From a virus (lineage: Duplodnaviria > Caudoviricetes), in IMG/VR virus record IMGVR_UViG_3300011242_000002, positions 192,001 through 256,000 of that record: a stretch of DNA of 64,000 nucleotides; one strand, given 5' to 3'. Shown piece by piece: positions 37,005 to 45,354 of this stretch; the stretch's first letter is position 1, and each line of letters starts with the position of its first letter. Below the pieces are notes generated by a model. That model was not told the origin of the DNA. It searched no databases and saw only the letters and a program-made list of their open reading frames with translations. Position numbers and translations under genes: made by a program.

Positions 37005-37964
37005 ATGAACCATCTGTTGATACTAAAAATTGCCGGTACCGATTTAAAACACATGACTGTCCATGAAGAGAACAGTCTCGCCCCTCATAAGGCGACGGTG
37101 CTTAGCGAGATCAAAGCGGGCGTATTCCCCAACGCTATTTTCCAACAAGCCTATTTGGACAGCGACAGCAAACACATCGACGAAATCATTATCAGCCATC
37201 CCGGTATCAACGATGTGTGGCGCAGTGGTTTCTCACTGATTGAGGAAGCGTTGGGTCAACCTAACCGGGATGCGCGGGAGTTTAGCAATCTCGGTGACTG
37301 GATTGGAAAACCTGCCAGCCTGATGCTGCCCGATGGCAATGCGGTTGTGGTGACGGATGCGTACAAGTATCTTGCTATGGAAGGTCTGTTTAGTGCCCCG
37401 GTCTTTTTCAACTGGTTAGATGCGAACACGGTATTGCAGCAGCCCGGTGCGGTGATGAGCCACCTGACCGCACGTGACGCTTATTATGATCAGGCGTGTC
37501 GTGTCCTTAACGGTAAGCGTGTCTTCTTTGGCTATGTCAAAGCCGGCGACGACAACCCGGTCGGGAACTTTGCCGTCACGGTGGATGGACTGCCTTATCC
37601 ATCGGTGGAGGCGGTAGCGCTGGCCTACAACATCCCAGTGGAGTGGGTGTACGATCGTTTGGACTCAACGGACGAGCAATGGCGGAACTGGACTTATGAA
37701 ACTGACCTGGTTCCTGCGGGTGCCATCACTGCCGTTAACCAGGCCGCAGACGTTACCCCTAACCAGTCTGAGCAATACACCGGGGGTGGTAACCCGAACG
37801 CCAAGCAGGTGAGTATTCGCGGCAAGATCTACCCCTCCATTGTGGATGCAGTGCGGGCCAACGCGGATTGGGATCTTACCCCGTCCATGATCCACCGGCG
37901 CCTGCGTCAGGGTGATGATGCCGAGATCTTCTACTGCGATGCCGAGGGTAACAAAATAGTATAA
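37005..37964 (+). CDS. Degenerate GIY-YIG-like protein with two NUMOD1/IENR1-like HTH repeats
   Basis: AGGAG RBS; GVFPNAIFQQAY; VTVDGLPYPSVEAVA and KQVSIRGKIYPSIVDAVR. Confidence 0.6.
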   Translation: MNHLLILKIAGTDLKHMTVHEENSLAPHKATVLSEIKAGVFPNAIFQQAYLDSDSKHIDEIIISHPGINDVWRSGFSLIEEALGQPNRDAREFSNLGDWIGKPASLMLPDGNAVVVTDAYKYLAMEGLFSAPVFFNWLDANTVLQQPGAVMSHLTARDAYYDQACRVLNGKRVFFGYVKAGDDNPVGNFAVTVDGLPYPSVEAVALAYNIPVEWVYDRLDSTDEQWRNWTYETDLVPAGAITAVNQAADVTPNQSEQYTGGGNPNAKQVSIRGKIYPSIVDAVRANADWDLTPSMIHRRLRQGDDAEIFYCDAEGNKIV

Positions 37965-37969
37965 CTAGC

Positions 37970-37998
37970 AGCAGTCCTTCGGGACTGCTTTATTTTTT
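37970..37998 (+). terminator. Intrinsic terminator
   Basis: AGCAGTCC-TTCG-GGACTGCT-TTATTTTTT. Confidence 0.85.
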
Positions 37999-38014
37999 AT
38001 CTATGGGAGGCGTC

Positions 38015-38659
38015 ATGTTGGAGTCGTTATTAGGGGGGTCACCGTCGAAATGGAGCCCGCCACCGATGGATGCGAACACGCTGTTTCGTCTGGTGGATTT
38101 TACCACCGCGGCCGACATTGTGGATCGCAGCCCTAACGCGATTGCGGTGGCCCGTAACGGCAGTCCAACCGTTGGTGTCGATGAAGTCTACTCGTACATT
38201 TTGTTTAACGGTGGCAAGTACCTGACGTTTGCCTCAAGCCTGCTTAATCGCAGTAACGTGGAACTGACGTGGGTGGTGGGCAGCATTCCGAAATCCAACT
38301 CGTCGTATGCCAGTCCGTTGCTTGACACCCGCCCCACGGGGACCAACGGCAACTACCACATACTCAGCATTAACCAGCAGCTGACGGCGCCGTACCCCAT
38401 TAACTATAACTATCCGTCCAGCAGTACCGTTCGCTTAACGAAAGGGCTCATCGGCAATGATGCGGGTCCGTACGTGATCAAGCTACAGCTGACGGATGCC
38501 AGAGCCAAGATTCTGGTGAACGGTACGGTAGCGCACGAGGTGGATACCGGATCGGCTCTGAACACGGCAAACCTGAAGCTTGGACGCAGCGCGTTCAATA
38601 ACGTGGTGGCTGATATCCAGATGCGGCTGTATTTCTTTGAAATAAAAAGCCTTACTTAA
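38015..38659 (+). CDS. Putative virion beta-sandwich protein, MLExLL family
   Basis: GGAGG RBS; MLESLLGG; paralogue of the next gene (NTLFRL, PLLDTRP..TNG.Y, YFFEIK). Confidence 0.6.
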   Translation: MLESLLGGSPSKWSPPPMDANTLFRLVDFTTAADIVDRSPNAIAVARNGSPTVGVDEVYSYILFNGGKYLTFASSLLNRSNVELTWVVGSIPKSNSSYASPLLDTRPTGTNGNYHILSINQQLTAPYPINYNYPSSSTVRLTKGLIGNDAGPYVIKLQLTDARAKILVNGTVAHEVDTGSALNTANLKLGRSAFNNVVADIQMRLYFFEIKSLT

Positions 38660-38673
38660 ACAGGGGACAGCAT

Positions 38674-39333
38674 ATGTTAGAATCCTTACTATCCAATCCA
38701 AACGGACAGGTGGCGTGGAACGGGATATTGCCGCTGGCCGACAGCAACACGCTGTTTCGTTTAGGCGGATTTAATACCACGGCTGACATTAAAGATACGG
38801 GCGGCAAAAACATCCCCTTTAGCAACTACGGATTAGTGGCCGGGAGCGATAGCTTTGGCACATACATGAACTTCAACGGTTCATCATGGCTTGAGTTTAA
38901 GAACAGCCTGGTCAATGCTGCGGCGGTAGAGATCACGTTCATTATCGGTGGCGTAGTAAAAAACCCTAACCCATACCCACCACCGTTACTGGATACCCGA
39001 CCGACTGAAACCAACGGCTACTACTTTATCTTCCCGATCTGGTCTCACGATAGCTCTATGCTGCTGCAGACTGCCTATCCTGGCGCAGAGACCAAGGTGT
39101 CAACAGAACCGGTAAAGGCGAACCCAGTGGTGATCAAATACGTGATCAACAACCGCACCATCAAAGTCTACTGCGGTGGTAAACTGTTGATCACCTTCAA
39201 CTGGATGGACAACGGGGCCAGCGGGGCGTTTGTAGATCAATACGTTAAGCTGGGACACAGCGCCTTTGCCAGTGTCGGTGTACCCAACTTTCAGGGTAAA
39301 ATGTATTATTTTGATATCAAAAAAATTCCCTAA
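38674..39333 (+). CDS. Putative virion beta-sandwich protein, MLExLL family
   Basis: MLESLLSN; NTLFRL, PLLDTRPTETNGYY, YYFDIK. Confidence 0.6.
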   Translation: MLESLLSNPNGQVAWNGILPLADSNTLFRLGGFNTTADIKDTGGKNIPFSNYGLVAGSDSFGTYMNFNGSSWLEFKNSLVNAAAVEITFIIGGVVKNPNPYPPPLLDTRPTETNGYYFIFPIWSHDSSMLLQTAYPGAETKVSTEPVKANPVVIKYVINNRTIKVYCGGKLLITFNWMDNGASGAFVDQYVKLGHSAFASVGVPNFQGKMYYFDIKKIP

Positions 39334-39349
39334 TACAGCTACTTTCATA

Positions 39350-39368
39350 CCTACATTACTAAGGTGGA
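39350..39368 (+). promoter_or_regulatory. Putative early promoter
   Basis: CCTACATTACTAAGGTGGA. Confidence 0.7.
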
Positions 39369-39424
39369 TGCCAATCGGTGTCTGCTTTAGTAATCCACTT
39401 ATGCCCATCAATAAGGAATCTATC

Positions 39425-39790
39425 ATGACCAACCCACAACCTATCCAAGTCGTATTCGATACCCGCAGCCCAGACTTTGCTAACGGAACGCAGTACTATT
39501 CATTGATTGATCAGGTGAACGCGCAGCTGAAGTCCGGTACGCGGCACAACAAGATCGAGGTCACCCAGTGGGAGCTGTATGAAGGCGGTAAGCTGGTAAA
39601 GGGTGATAGCGATGTTCACGTCCCGATCCATCGCCACTTCTACGTGGACGATAAGAATACTTTTGGCGGCGGGTTTATGCTGTTTGAGTTGTTCGAAGAC
39701 CTGCGTTGCCATTACGAGGTTGATAAGTTTGCCCCGGGTTTGTCGCAAGATTTTGAAATGGTTTACACCATCACCGTTACGCCAGTCTAA
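39425..39790 (+). CDS. Small protein, local paralogue family (K-I/V-E...W..Y.GG)
   Basis: AAGGA RBS before ATG 39425. Confidence 0.65.
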   Translation: MTNPQPIQVVFDTRSPDFANGTQYYSLIDQVNAQLKSGTRHNKIEVTQWELYEGGKLVKGDSDVHVPIHRHFYVDDKNTFGGGFMLFELFEDLRCHYEVDKFAPGLSQDFEMVYTITVTPV

Positions 39791-39817
39791 CGCTATTTAA
39801 CTCATAAGGTAATAAAC

Positions 39818-40237
39818 ATGCACGAAAACCTGATGTTCCATAAACTTACCCTGCTGGATCTTGTCAACCAGAGTGAAAGAGAGTTCCTGCAGTGGCGCGA
39901 GCACAAAGAAGAGCCGTTCCTGCACCGTCTCTATAAAGTGTTGGATGACGCACTTACCCATGCCCATTGTGTCAACGAATTGTTACTGGAAGACCCAACA
40001 GATATGGGCACCACATCAATCTTCCAATCCTTTGCGAAAGCGGCGGACAGTTGTCAAGTGATGGATGCGCGCTTTATGACCACGGGATTGGGTTGGGCAG
40101 GTCAGACCAAGGTATCAGCCACCGCATTCAACACAATCAACCGTACGATCCTTCATCTAACCGAAAAGAGCGCAGAGCTGGAAGACAGCCTCCGGTTCTT
40201 GCGTCAAGCCATCCAGCGCGAAGCAGCAGGTATTTAG
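39818..40237 (+). CDS. Hypothetical helical protein
   Basis: AAGGT RBS; 139 aa. Confidence 0.7.
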   Translation: MHENLMFHKLTLLDLVNQSEREFLQWREHKEEPFLHRLYKVLDDALTHAHCVNELLLEDPTDMGTTSIFQSFAKAADSCQVMDARFMTTGLGWAGQTKVSATAFNTINRTILHLTEKSAELEDSLRFLRQAIQREAAGI

Positions 40238-40319
40238 TTAAGTTCAACATAACGAACCTATCTTACTGATAGTCGACTATGTCCGGCTGTATGACAGCAG
40301 CCTTTGAAAGGAGCGGTAT

Positions 40320-41111
40320 ATGTACGCGTTAGAATTGCTAACAGTATCAGGGACTGACGCTAAGCATCTGAACATCTCCACCGACAGCAATGATTTGCTC
40401 AAATGGCGGAGACTGCTACAGGAAGGGTTGTTCAAGAACAAAGACTTTCAACAGGTGTTTAGCGAATCGGCCAGTCAGAACATCGACTCGCTGAAGTTCC
40501 TCGACGCTGAGGAGAAGACCTTTGAAGATCTACGAGAGGCCCGGCGTCAGGCCTACAAGTACCTTAACACCATCGCCTGTAAGAAGGGTGAGGATCTACG
40601 CCAGATCCTGAACATCGGTGATTGGTTAGACGAGCCCGGGTATATCGGGTTTGAAGACGGCAGCAAGCAGTACACCCAGTCGCTGATTCGCGCCATCGTC
40701 CGCCTCAACGCCTGGACGGATTCCATTACCGTCAACCCGCTTCCCCAAGACCGCTGGCCCCAGGGCACCGGGGAAGGGAAAGAAGATACCAGCCAACCCA
40801 TTCCCTATCGGGATGAACAGCTGGACGTCTGTGCCTGCATCATGATCAAGCACACGGAAGACCCAGGATTTGTGGTGGTCATGACCCGGCGCTTAAATGC
40901 GTTCATGAAAAACCCACCCGCGCTGTATAATGCACTGAAAGCCAAATTACCGCGCTTTGGTCGCATGTACGATCGCTGTCAGGGTCATGACATCTATTAC
41001 CAGGTAATCACCAAGGGCGACGAGGCGGTGTGTCGCAAGAAGTCGCAGGAGATGCTGGCCAAATATGTCGATGACATTCGCTGTCTTAACTTTGAATCGG
41101 GGAACTGGTAA
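40320..41111 (+). CDS. Degenerate tandem GIY-YIG-like protein
   Basis: AAGGAG RBS; GLFKNKDFQQVF, NIGDWL; second eroded domain CACIMIKHTEDPGFVVVMT...CLN. Confidence 0.55.
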   Translation: MYALELLTVSGTDAKHLNISTDSNDLLKWRRLLQEGLFKNKDFQQVFSESASQNIDSLKFLDAEEKTFEDLREARRQAYKYLNTIACKKGEDLRQILNIGDWLDEPGYIGFEDGSKQYTQSLIRAIVRLNAWTDSITVNPLPQDRWPQGTGEGKEDTSQPIPYRDEQLDVCACIMIKHTEDPGFVVVMTRRLNAFMKNPPALYNALKAKLPRFGRMYDRCQGHDIYYQVITKGDEAVCRKKSQEMLAKYVDDIRCLNFESGNW

Positions 41112-41422
41112 TGACCACGTCAACATACAACATCACGCTGCCGAAGTTTGAACAGGAGCACTTCAATTTCTGCAAAGGCATTCAGTCACTGCGCCAGCGT
41201 GGAATTCAGCCAAAGGTAGAGCTGGTTGGGTTTGTCGTCTACGACGGTCAGGCGGTCGCCGGTCAGGATCACACACGGCGCATTGACCTAAGCCATATCC
41301 CTGACCAGTACGGCCTGCTGGATGAACAGGAGGTTATCCTGGCGATCAATGCAGCCTACGGCAGCAGTTTCCCAGATACCTGTCAGGTGGCCAAGTCCTT
41401 AGAGGTCAGCTATGAGCCGTAA
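41111..41422 (+). CDS. Small protein, local paralogue family
   Basis: PKVELVGFVVYDG...LEVSY. Confidence 0.65.
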   Translation: MTTSTYNITLPKFEQEHFNFCKGIQSLRQRGIQPKVELVGFVVYDGQAVAGQDHTRRIDLSHIPDQYGLLDEQEVILAINAAYGSSFPDTCQVAKSLEVSYEP

Positions 41423-41762
41423 GCACCGCATGCGTAACAACGTGCTGCTGGTTAATAACGAGGAATGGAACCAGCGCTTCTTCAAGGCCTGTCAGTTTGC
41501 CAAGGATGGGCGCTTCATGGAACAGAAGGTGGAGATCATCGCCTGGAAAGCCTACCGTCGCGGTGGGCTGATTGACCAGCGTGATGAGACCCGTATTAAC
41601 ATCACCCAGGAAGCCATGTCAGGATTACAGCCCCCGAGCTTCAGTGATTACATCCGCCTTATCAACCAGCACGATCAGGCCGGTATCAATGACGACGGCT
41701 CCGTCACCCTGAGCCTGACCATCGAGATCCGTTACCTGGCGAAAAAGAAGAAGGTTGCGTAG
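41412..41762 (+). CDS. Small protein, local paralogue family
   Basis: QKVEIIAWKAYRRGG...LTIEIRY. Confidence 0.65.
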   Translation: MSRKHRMRNNVLLVNNEEWNQRFFKACQFAKDGRFMEQKVEIIAWKAYRRGGLIDQRDETRINITQEAMSGLQPPSFSDYIRLINQHDQAGINDDGSVTLSLTIEIRYLAKKKKVA

Positions 41763-41789
41763 TCGATCTTATGTGTTTTATCAATTGGA

Positions 41790-42122
41790 GTGACCATGAA
41801 AGAAACCCTCATCATCACGGACGAAGCTTACCGTAGCGACATGGAGAAGCTGTGGCGGCGTGTCCGCACTCTGCGCGACACTACCCAGTACAGTAACCTC
41901 AGCTTTACGGTGCAGCACTGGATGCTGGCCTGCGACGGGCGTAACCTGAAGTCAAGCAATAATCAGGGTGCTAACATCACCGGCTTGTTCCTGAAGCTTG
42001 GCGACGCACCCACCAACGGGGAGCTGATTGCGGCACTGGCACAATCCGGGGTGGATGTTGCCGTGGATCTTCCGGCCCGTCTCACCTTTACCCTTGACAT
42101 TGACTACACCCGTGTCAGTTAA
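41790..42122 (+). CDS. Small protein, local paralogue family
   Basis: FTVQHWMLACDG...FTLDIDY; start may be ATG 41796. Confidence 0.65.
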   Translation: MTMKETLIITDEAYRSDMEKLWRRVRTLRDTTQYSNLSFTVQHWMLACDGRNLKSSNNQGANITGLFLKLGDAPTNGELIAALAQSGVDVAVDLPARLTFTLDIDYTRVS

Positions 42123-42135
42123 ACCAGCATAAGCG

Positions 42136-42185
42136 GCATAAAAGAGCCAGGGTTCCGTCAAGGACCCTGGACTCTTTATTTATGC
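42136..42185 (+). terminator. Terminator with GCATAAA...TTTATGC clamp
   Basis: AGAG-CCAGGGT...ACCCTGG-A-CTCT-TTATTTATGC. Confidence 0.8.
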
Positions 42186-42309
42186 AGAGGATATTCAAAA
42201 CTGATTACTGTTACCAGCCAAGTAACAGGGTACTGCAGTGGCAAGACTTTGCTCATATAATACACAGGCTAGTAGCGATCAATAAGTAGTATTACGATAC
42301 TTAATGTAT

Positions 42310-42353
42310 ATTTAATATAATTAGTGGCGGTATTCTTCTTAATTATATTAAAT
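42310..42353. repeat. Perfect 14-bp all-AT inverted repeat with a 16-nt spacer
   Basis: ATTTAATATAATTA-gtggcggtattcttct-TAATTATATTAAAT. Confidence 0.9.
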
Positions 42354-42458
42354 TTATATTGTCATAAAACCCTGTCTCGTTAGCGTTAGCTCGCTAGAAA
42401 ACAACAATGCTTTCTATACAAATAGCTAAGTATGTAATCTTTTACAAAAGGACAAGTT

Positions 42459-43109
42459 ATGCTGCAAGAATTAGAAAAGTTTATTCAAAACCTCGTGGTA
42501 ACGATTAGCAACCTGGACATCGGTGAGTACCCGCTGCTTACTGTCTACCGTCACCACATGGAGCTTACCCCCCATCCCAGCGATAAGCTGCACGGGTTGT
42601 TCGAGTACATCGACATGAACGATGCTGAGCTCAAAGACCTGTTCATGTGCAGCGGGGCGACCGTGGTTGATCTTAACGGATCCATGATTGGCTTACGCGT
42701 TGGCGACTACCACGGCAAGGGCGAACCCATCTACTGGATCAGCTGCGACACCAACCTGCGGCATCTGGCGATGTCCGATCAGTACGACTCGGTGGAGACC
42801 TTCCTGACCAGCATCGAAGAAGAGGAACGCCCGCTGCAGCGCATTAATCTCGGCAACTGTGGCAAGCTGATTACCTGGCGTTCAGTCCAGAACCACATCG
42901 TTAACAATCCCCGCGATCTGGTGCTGAGCTGCCTTAACCACCCGAACCGCTTCTTTACGCCGTCCCCAACGCTCTATGTGCGCATGAAGGACGCCAAGGA
43001 CAACGAAGTACTGCCCATCTCTGAATACCTCTCAGAGAGCGATCTGCGCAGCGAGGAGCCGATCTGGTTCACCGTTAGTAAAGCTGTACGTACGGCGATA
43101 GTATTATAA
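42459..43109 (+). CDS. Hypothetical protein
   Basis: AAGGA RBS; 216 aa. Confidence 0.75.
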   Translation: MLQELEKFIQNLVVTISNLDIGEYPLLTVYRHHMELTPHPSDKLHGLFEYIDMNDAELKDLFMCSGATVVDLNGSMIGLRVGDYHGKGEPIYWISCDTNLRHLAMSDQYDSVETFLTSIEEEERPLQRINLGNCGKLITWRSVQNHIVNNPRDLVLSCLNHPNRFFTPSPTLYVRMKDAKDNEVLPISEYLSESDLRSEEPIWFTVSKAVRTAIVL

Positions 43110-43116
43110 GGGGGCG

Positions 43117-43647
43117 GTGATGAGTAACGATTTTAACAATCGCGTCCACATTGCCTGCAGCAGCGCCGACGCCGGTCTACACGTGAGTGTTGCCAGCGGT
43201 TCGCCTTTTCACCCTAATCCGTACGCTGATCTGCAGATTCCCGAACCTCTTTATGAAACGCGCATTGCGAAAAAGGATGCCCCCGTGAGCCAGACTCTCC
43301 CTGATGATACCGTGACCACCATGCGGGTAACGGACTATGACCCGAACCAGCCGCTGATTGATGCCGATCGCTACAGTGAAGAGCAGCGTATTACCAATCA
43401 GCTCTCCCTGCAGGCCGACGCCCGTCTGGCGGCCTTCATGCACAACTGCCGTGCCCTGCGCGAAGCACACCCGGATGATATTAATCTGATGCTGCAGGAG
43501 TTTGCCAATAACCTGATTGATCTGTACTTTGACGGACGTTTACCACTACCCACCACCCTGCGCCACAGCACCACCATGAAGCTGGTGCTGAAAGCCGAAT
43601 TGGTTAACCTGATCGCCAGCCACGGTCAGGGCAATCGCACTAAATAA
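43117..43647 (+). CDS. Hypothetical protein
   Basis: 176 aa. Confidence 0.7.
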   Translation: MMSNDFNNRVHIACSSADAGLHVSVASGSPFHPNPYADLQIPEPLYETRIAKKDAPVSQTLPDDTVTTMRVTDYDPNQPLIDADRYSEEQRITNQLSLQADARLAAFMHNCRALREAHPDDINLMLQEFANNLIDLYFDGRLPLPTTLRHSTTMKLVLKAELVNLIASHGQGNRTK

Positions 43648-43671
43648 CTTCATCTAAAAAGGAAACGAACT

Positions 43672-44457
43672 ATGTTCATCAACAAACAGGCGAGGATGCT
43701 GCACATCATTCGCTTTCGTAAAGGGCCGGTGGTGTACATGCAGACCGTCGATGACGCAGCGTTAGCTGTCAGCTACTGCAACGAAGACCTGCGCACCAAG
43801 GCGTTCCGCAACCTGGAGTTTCAAACCGCCTACGAACTGGCCAAGGCGGAGATGGGGCTGCTCGACCCGGACCCGAATGACGTGGTGTTCCACCAGTTCA
43901 TTGTCAACGAGGGGCAGACCGGCTACATGGCCGGGCACTGGTTGATTCGTGACTACCTGGCGCGCCATGAAGGCCTGGACGTGATCGCCAACATCGGTGA
44001 TTGGCTGGATGCTGACGGCTTTATCGACGTTACCCCGGCCGACCAGGACCGTCGCAAGTTTATCCGTGTCACCGACATTGGCAAGTACTATGCCGAACAC
44101 GGTTACTTCGATCAGGGCGTCTACCCGCTGTATATCCTGGCTGACGAGAACAACCAGATCCAGTCAAGTGGATTGATTGAAACCCACCGCGATCAGCAGC
44201 CTAAGCGTGGCGGTTATGACCGGGTGTCCTACGGTCAGGATCGTCGCCTGTTGGACTACCACGACGTGTCCATTGATCTGAGCGAAGAGCAGGAGCAGGT
44301 GATCAGCAACAAACCGATCTCCGCCAACGGCAGACTGTACAGCAACATCAACCAGTTTGCCCACGCCCGTAATGTACCGACCTGGTTTGTGCTGGAGCAA
44401 ATCACCGCCCCGACCGAGCAGCGCTACGTCTACGCCCAGGACTGGCACTTCGTTTAA
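43672..44457 (+). CDS. Degenerate GIY-YIG-like protein with C-terminal NUMOD1-like HTH
   Basis: LHIIRFRKGPVVYM, AFRNLEFQTAY, NIGDWL, KPISANGRLYSNINQFA. Confidence 0.6.
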   Translation: MFINKQARMLHIIRFRKGPVVYMQTVDDAALAVSYCNEDLRTKAFRNLEFQTAYELAKAEMGLLDPDPNDVVFHQFIVNEGQTGYMAGHWLIRDYLARHEGLDVIANIGDWLDADGFIDVTPADQDRRKFIRVTDIGKYYAEHGYFDQGVYPLYILADENNQIQSSGLIETHRDQQPKRGGYDRVSYGQDRRLLDYHDVSIDLSEEQEQVISNKPISANGRLYSNINQFAHARNVPTWFVLEQITAPTEQRYVYAQDWHFV

Positions 44458-44459
44458 GC

Positions 44460-44495
44460 AAGGAGGGGCTTCGGCCCCTCTTCTTTTTTTTTTTT
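44460..44495 (+). terminator. Intrinsic terminator
   Basis: GAGGGGC-TTCG-GCCCCTC followed by a T run. Confidence 0.85.
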
Positions 44496-44544
44496 GACCT
44501 CATCCTATGTGATCACCCCCTTTTGATAACGAAGAGGATTACAT

Positions 44545-45285
44545 ATGGGCAAGCGTAGCAAAACAGCCACCAAGGAGAATTCCGTGGAAGAAGTACAGAA
44601 AGATGAACAGCTGCCGGTTTCTGAAGAAAGCACCGAGCAGCAACCCGAAGACACCAATACCGATGGTGAGTCGTCCGTGGGCGAAGAATCCCCAGCATCT
44701 GGCTCCGAAGATGAGGCCGGTGTGGATGGTAGTGGTGGCGACAGTGTGGATGGCGATACTGACGCTGCTGCACCTGTGGTGGATGAGTCTATCACCACCC
44801 TGAGTCAGCTGGCTGCTGTGGCGCCGGTTGTCCCGACCGTGGCCGAGCTGCGTTCTGATAAAGCCGAAGCCATCATTGGCTACATCCGCGAGTACGTGGA
44901 CCACATGGATCCATCCAAGTACCAGGATGCCAAGTCCGGTGTGCCACACCAGAAACGTCTGTACAGTATGCTGGTTGAGCTGATGAAGCTTGAGTTCCTG
45001 GACTTCAAGCTCGGGATGGACCTGCTGCTGAAGCTGATCTTTGAATACCGCCATGCGGCGTTCAGCGAGCTCTACAGCCGTCGTTTCTTTGAGAACCTGT
45101 ATCCGCAGCTGACCCAGGCGCAGATCCGTGAGTTCGACGACATCCTGTCGATCCTGGTTACCGTCGGTGCATCGGCTAACCGCAGCCGTGCCATGACCCA
45201 GGTAGATCTCGGTGCCGCACTGAAAGGCGTGAAGAACGCCAAGGCGCAGCAGAACATGTCCGCTTACTTCTCTGCCCTGCGTTAA
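44545..45285 (+). CDS. Protein with acidic disordered N-terminus and helical C-domain (probably late)
   Basis: GAGGA RBS; CATCCTATGT late-like motif upstream. Confidence 0.7.
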   Translation: MGKRSKTATKENSVEEVQKDEQLPVSEESTEQQPEDTNTDGESSVGEESPASGSEDEAGVDGSGGDSVDGDTDAAAPVVDESITTLSQLAAVAPVVPTVAELRSDKAEAIIGYIREYVDHMDPSKYQDAKSGVPHQKRLYSMLVELMKLEFLDFKLGMDLLLKLIFEYRHAAFSELYSRRFFENLYPQLTQAQIREFDDILSILVTVGASANRSRAMTQVDLGAALKGVKNAKAQQNMSAYFSALR

Positions 45286-45295
45286 TCCTTAATCA

Positions 45296-45345
45296 GCATA
45301 AAAGTGAGCCTGGTTCCCGCTGGGGAACCAGTGCTCCTTTATGCC
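45296..45345. terminator. Bidirectional terminator with GCATAAA...TTTATGC clamp
   Basis: CTGGTTCCC-GCTG-GGGAACCAG between convergent genes. Confidence 0.85.
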
Positions 45346-45354
45346 GTCTGATGT

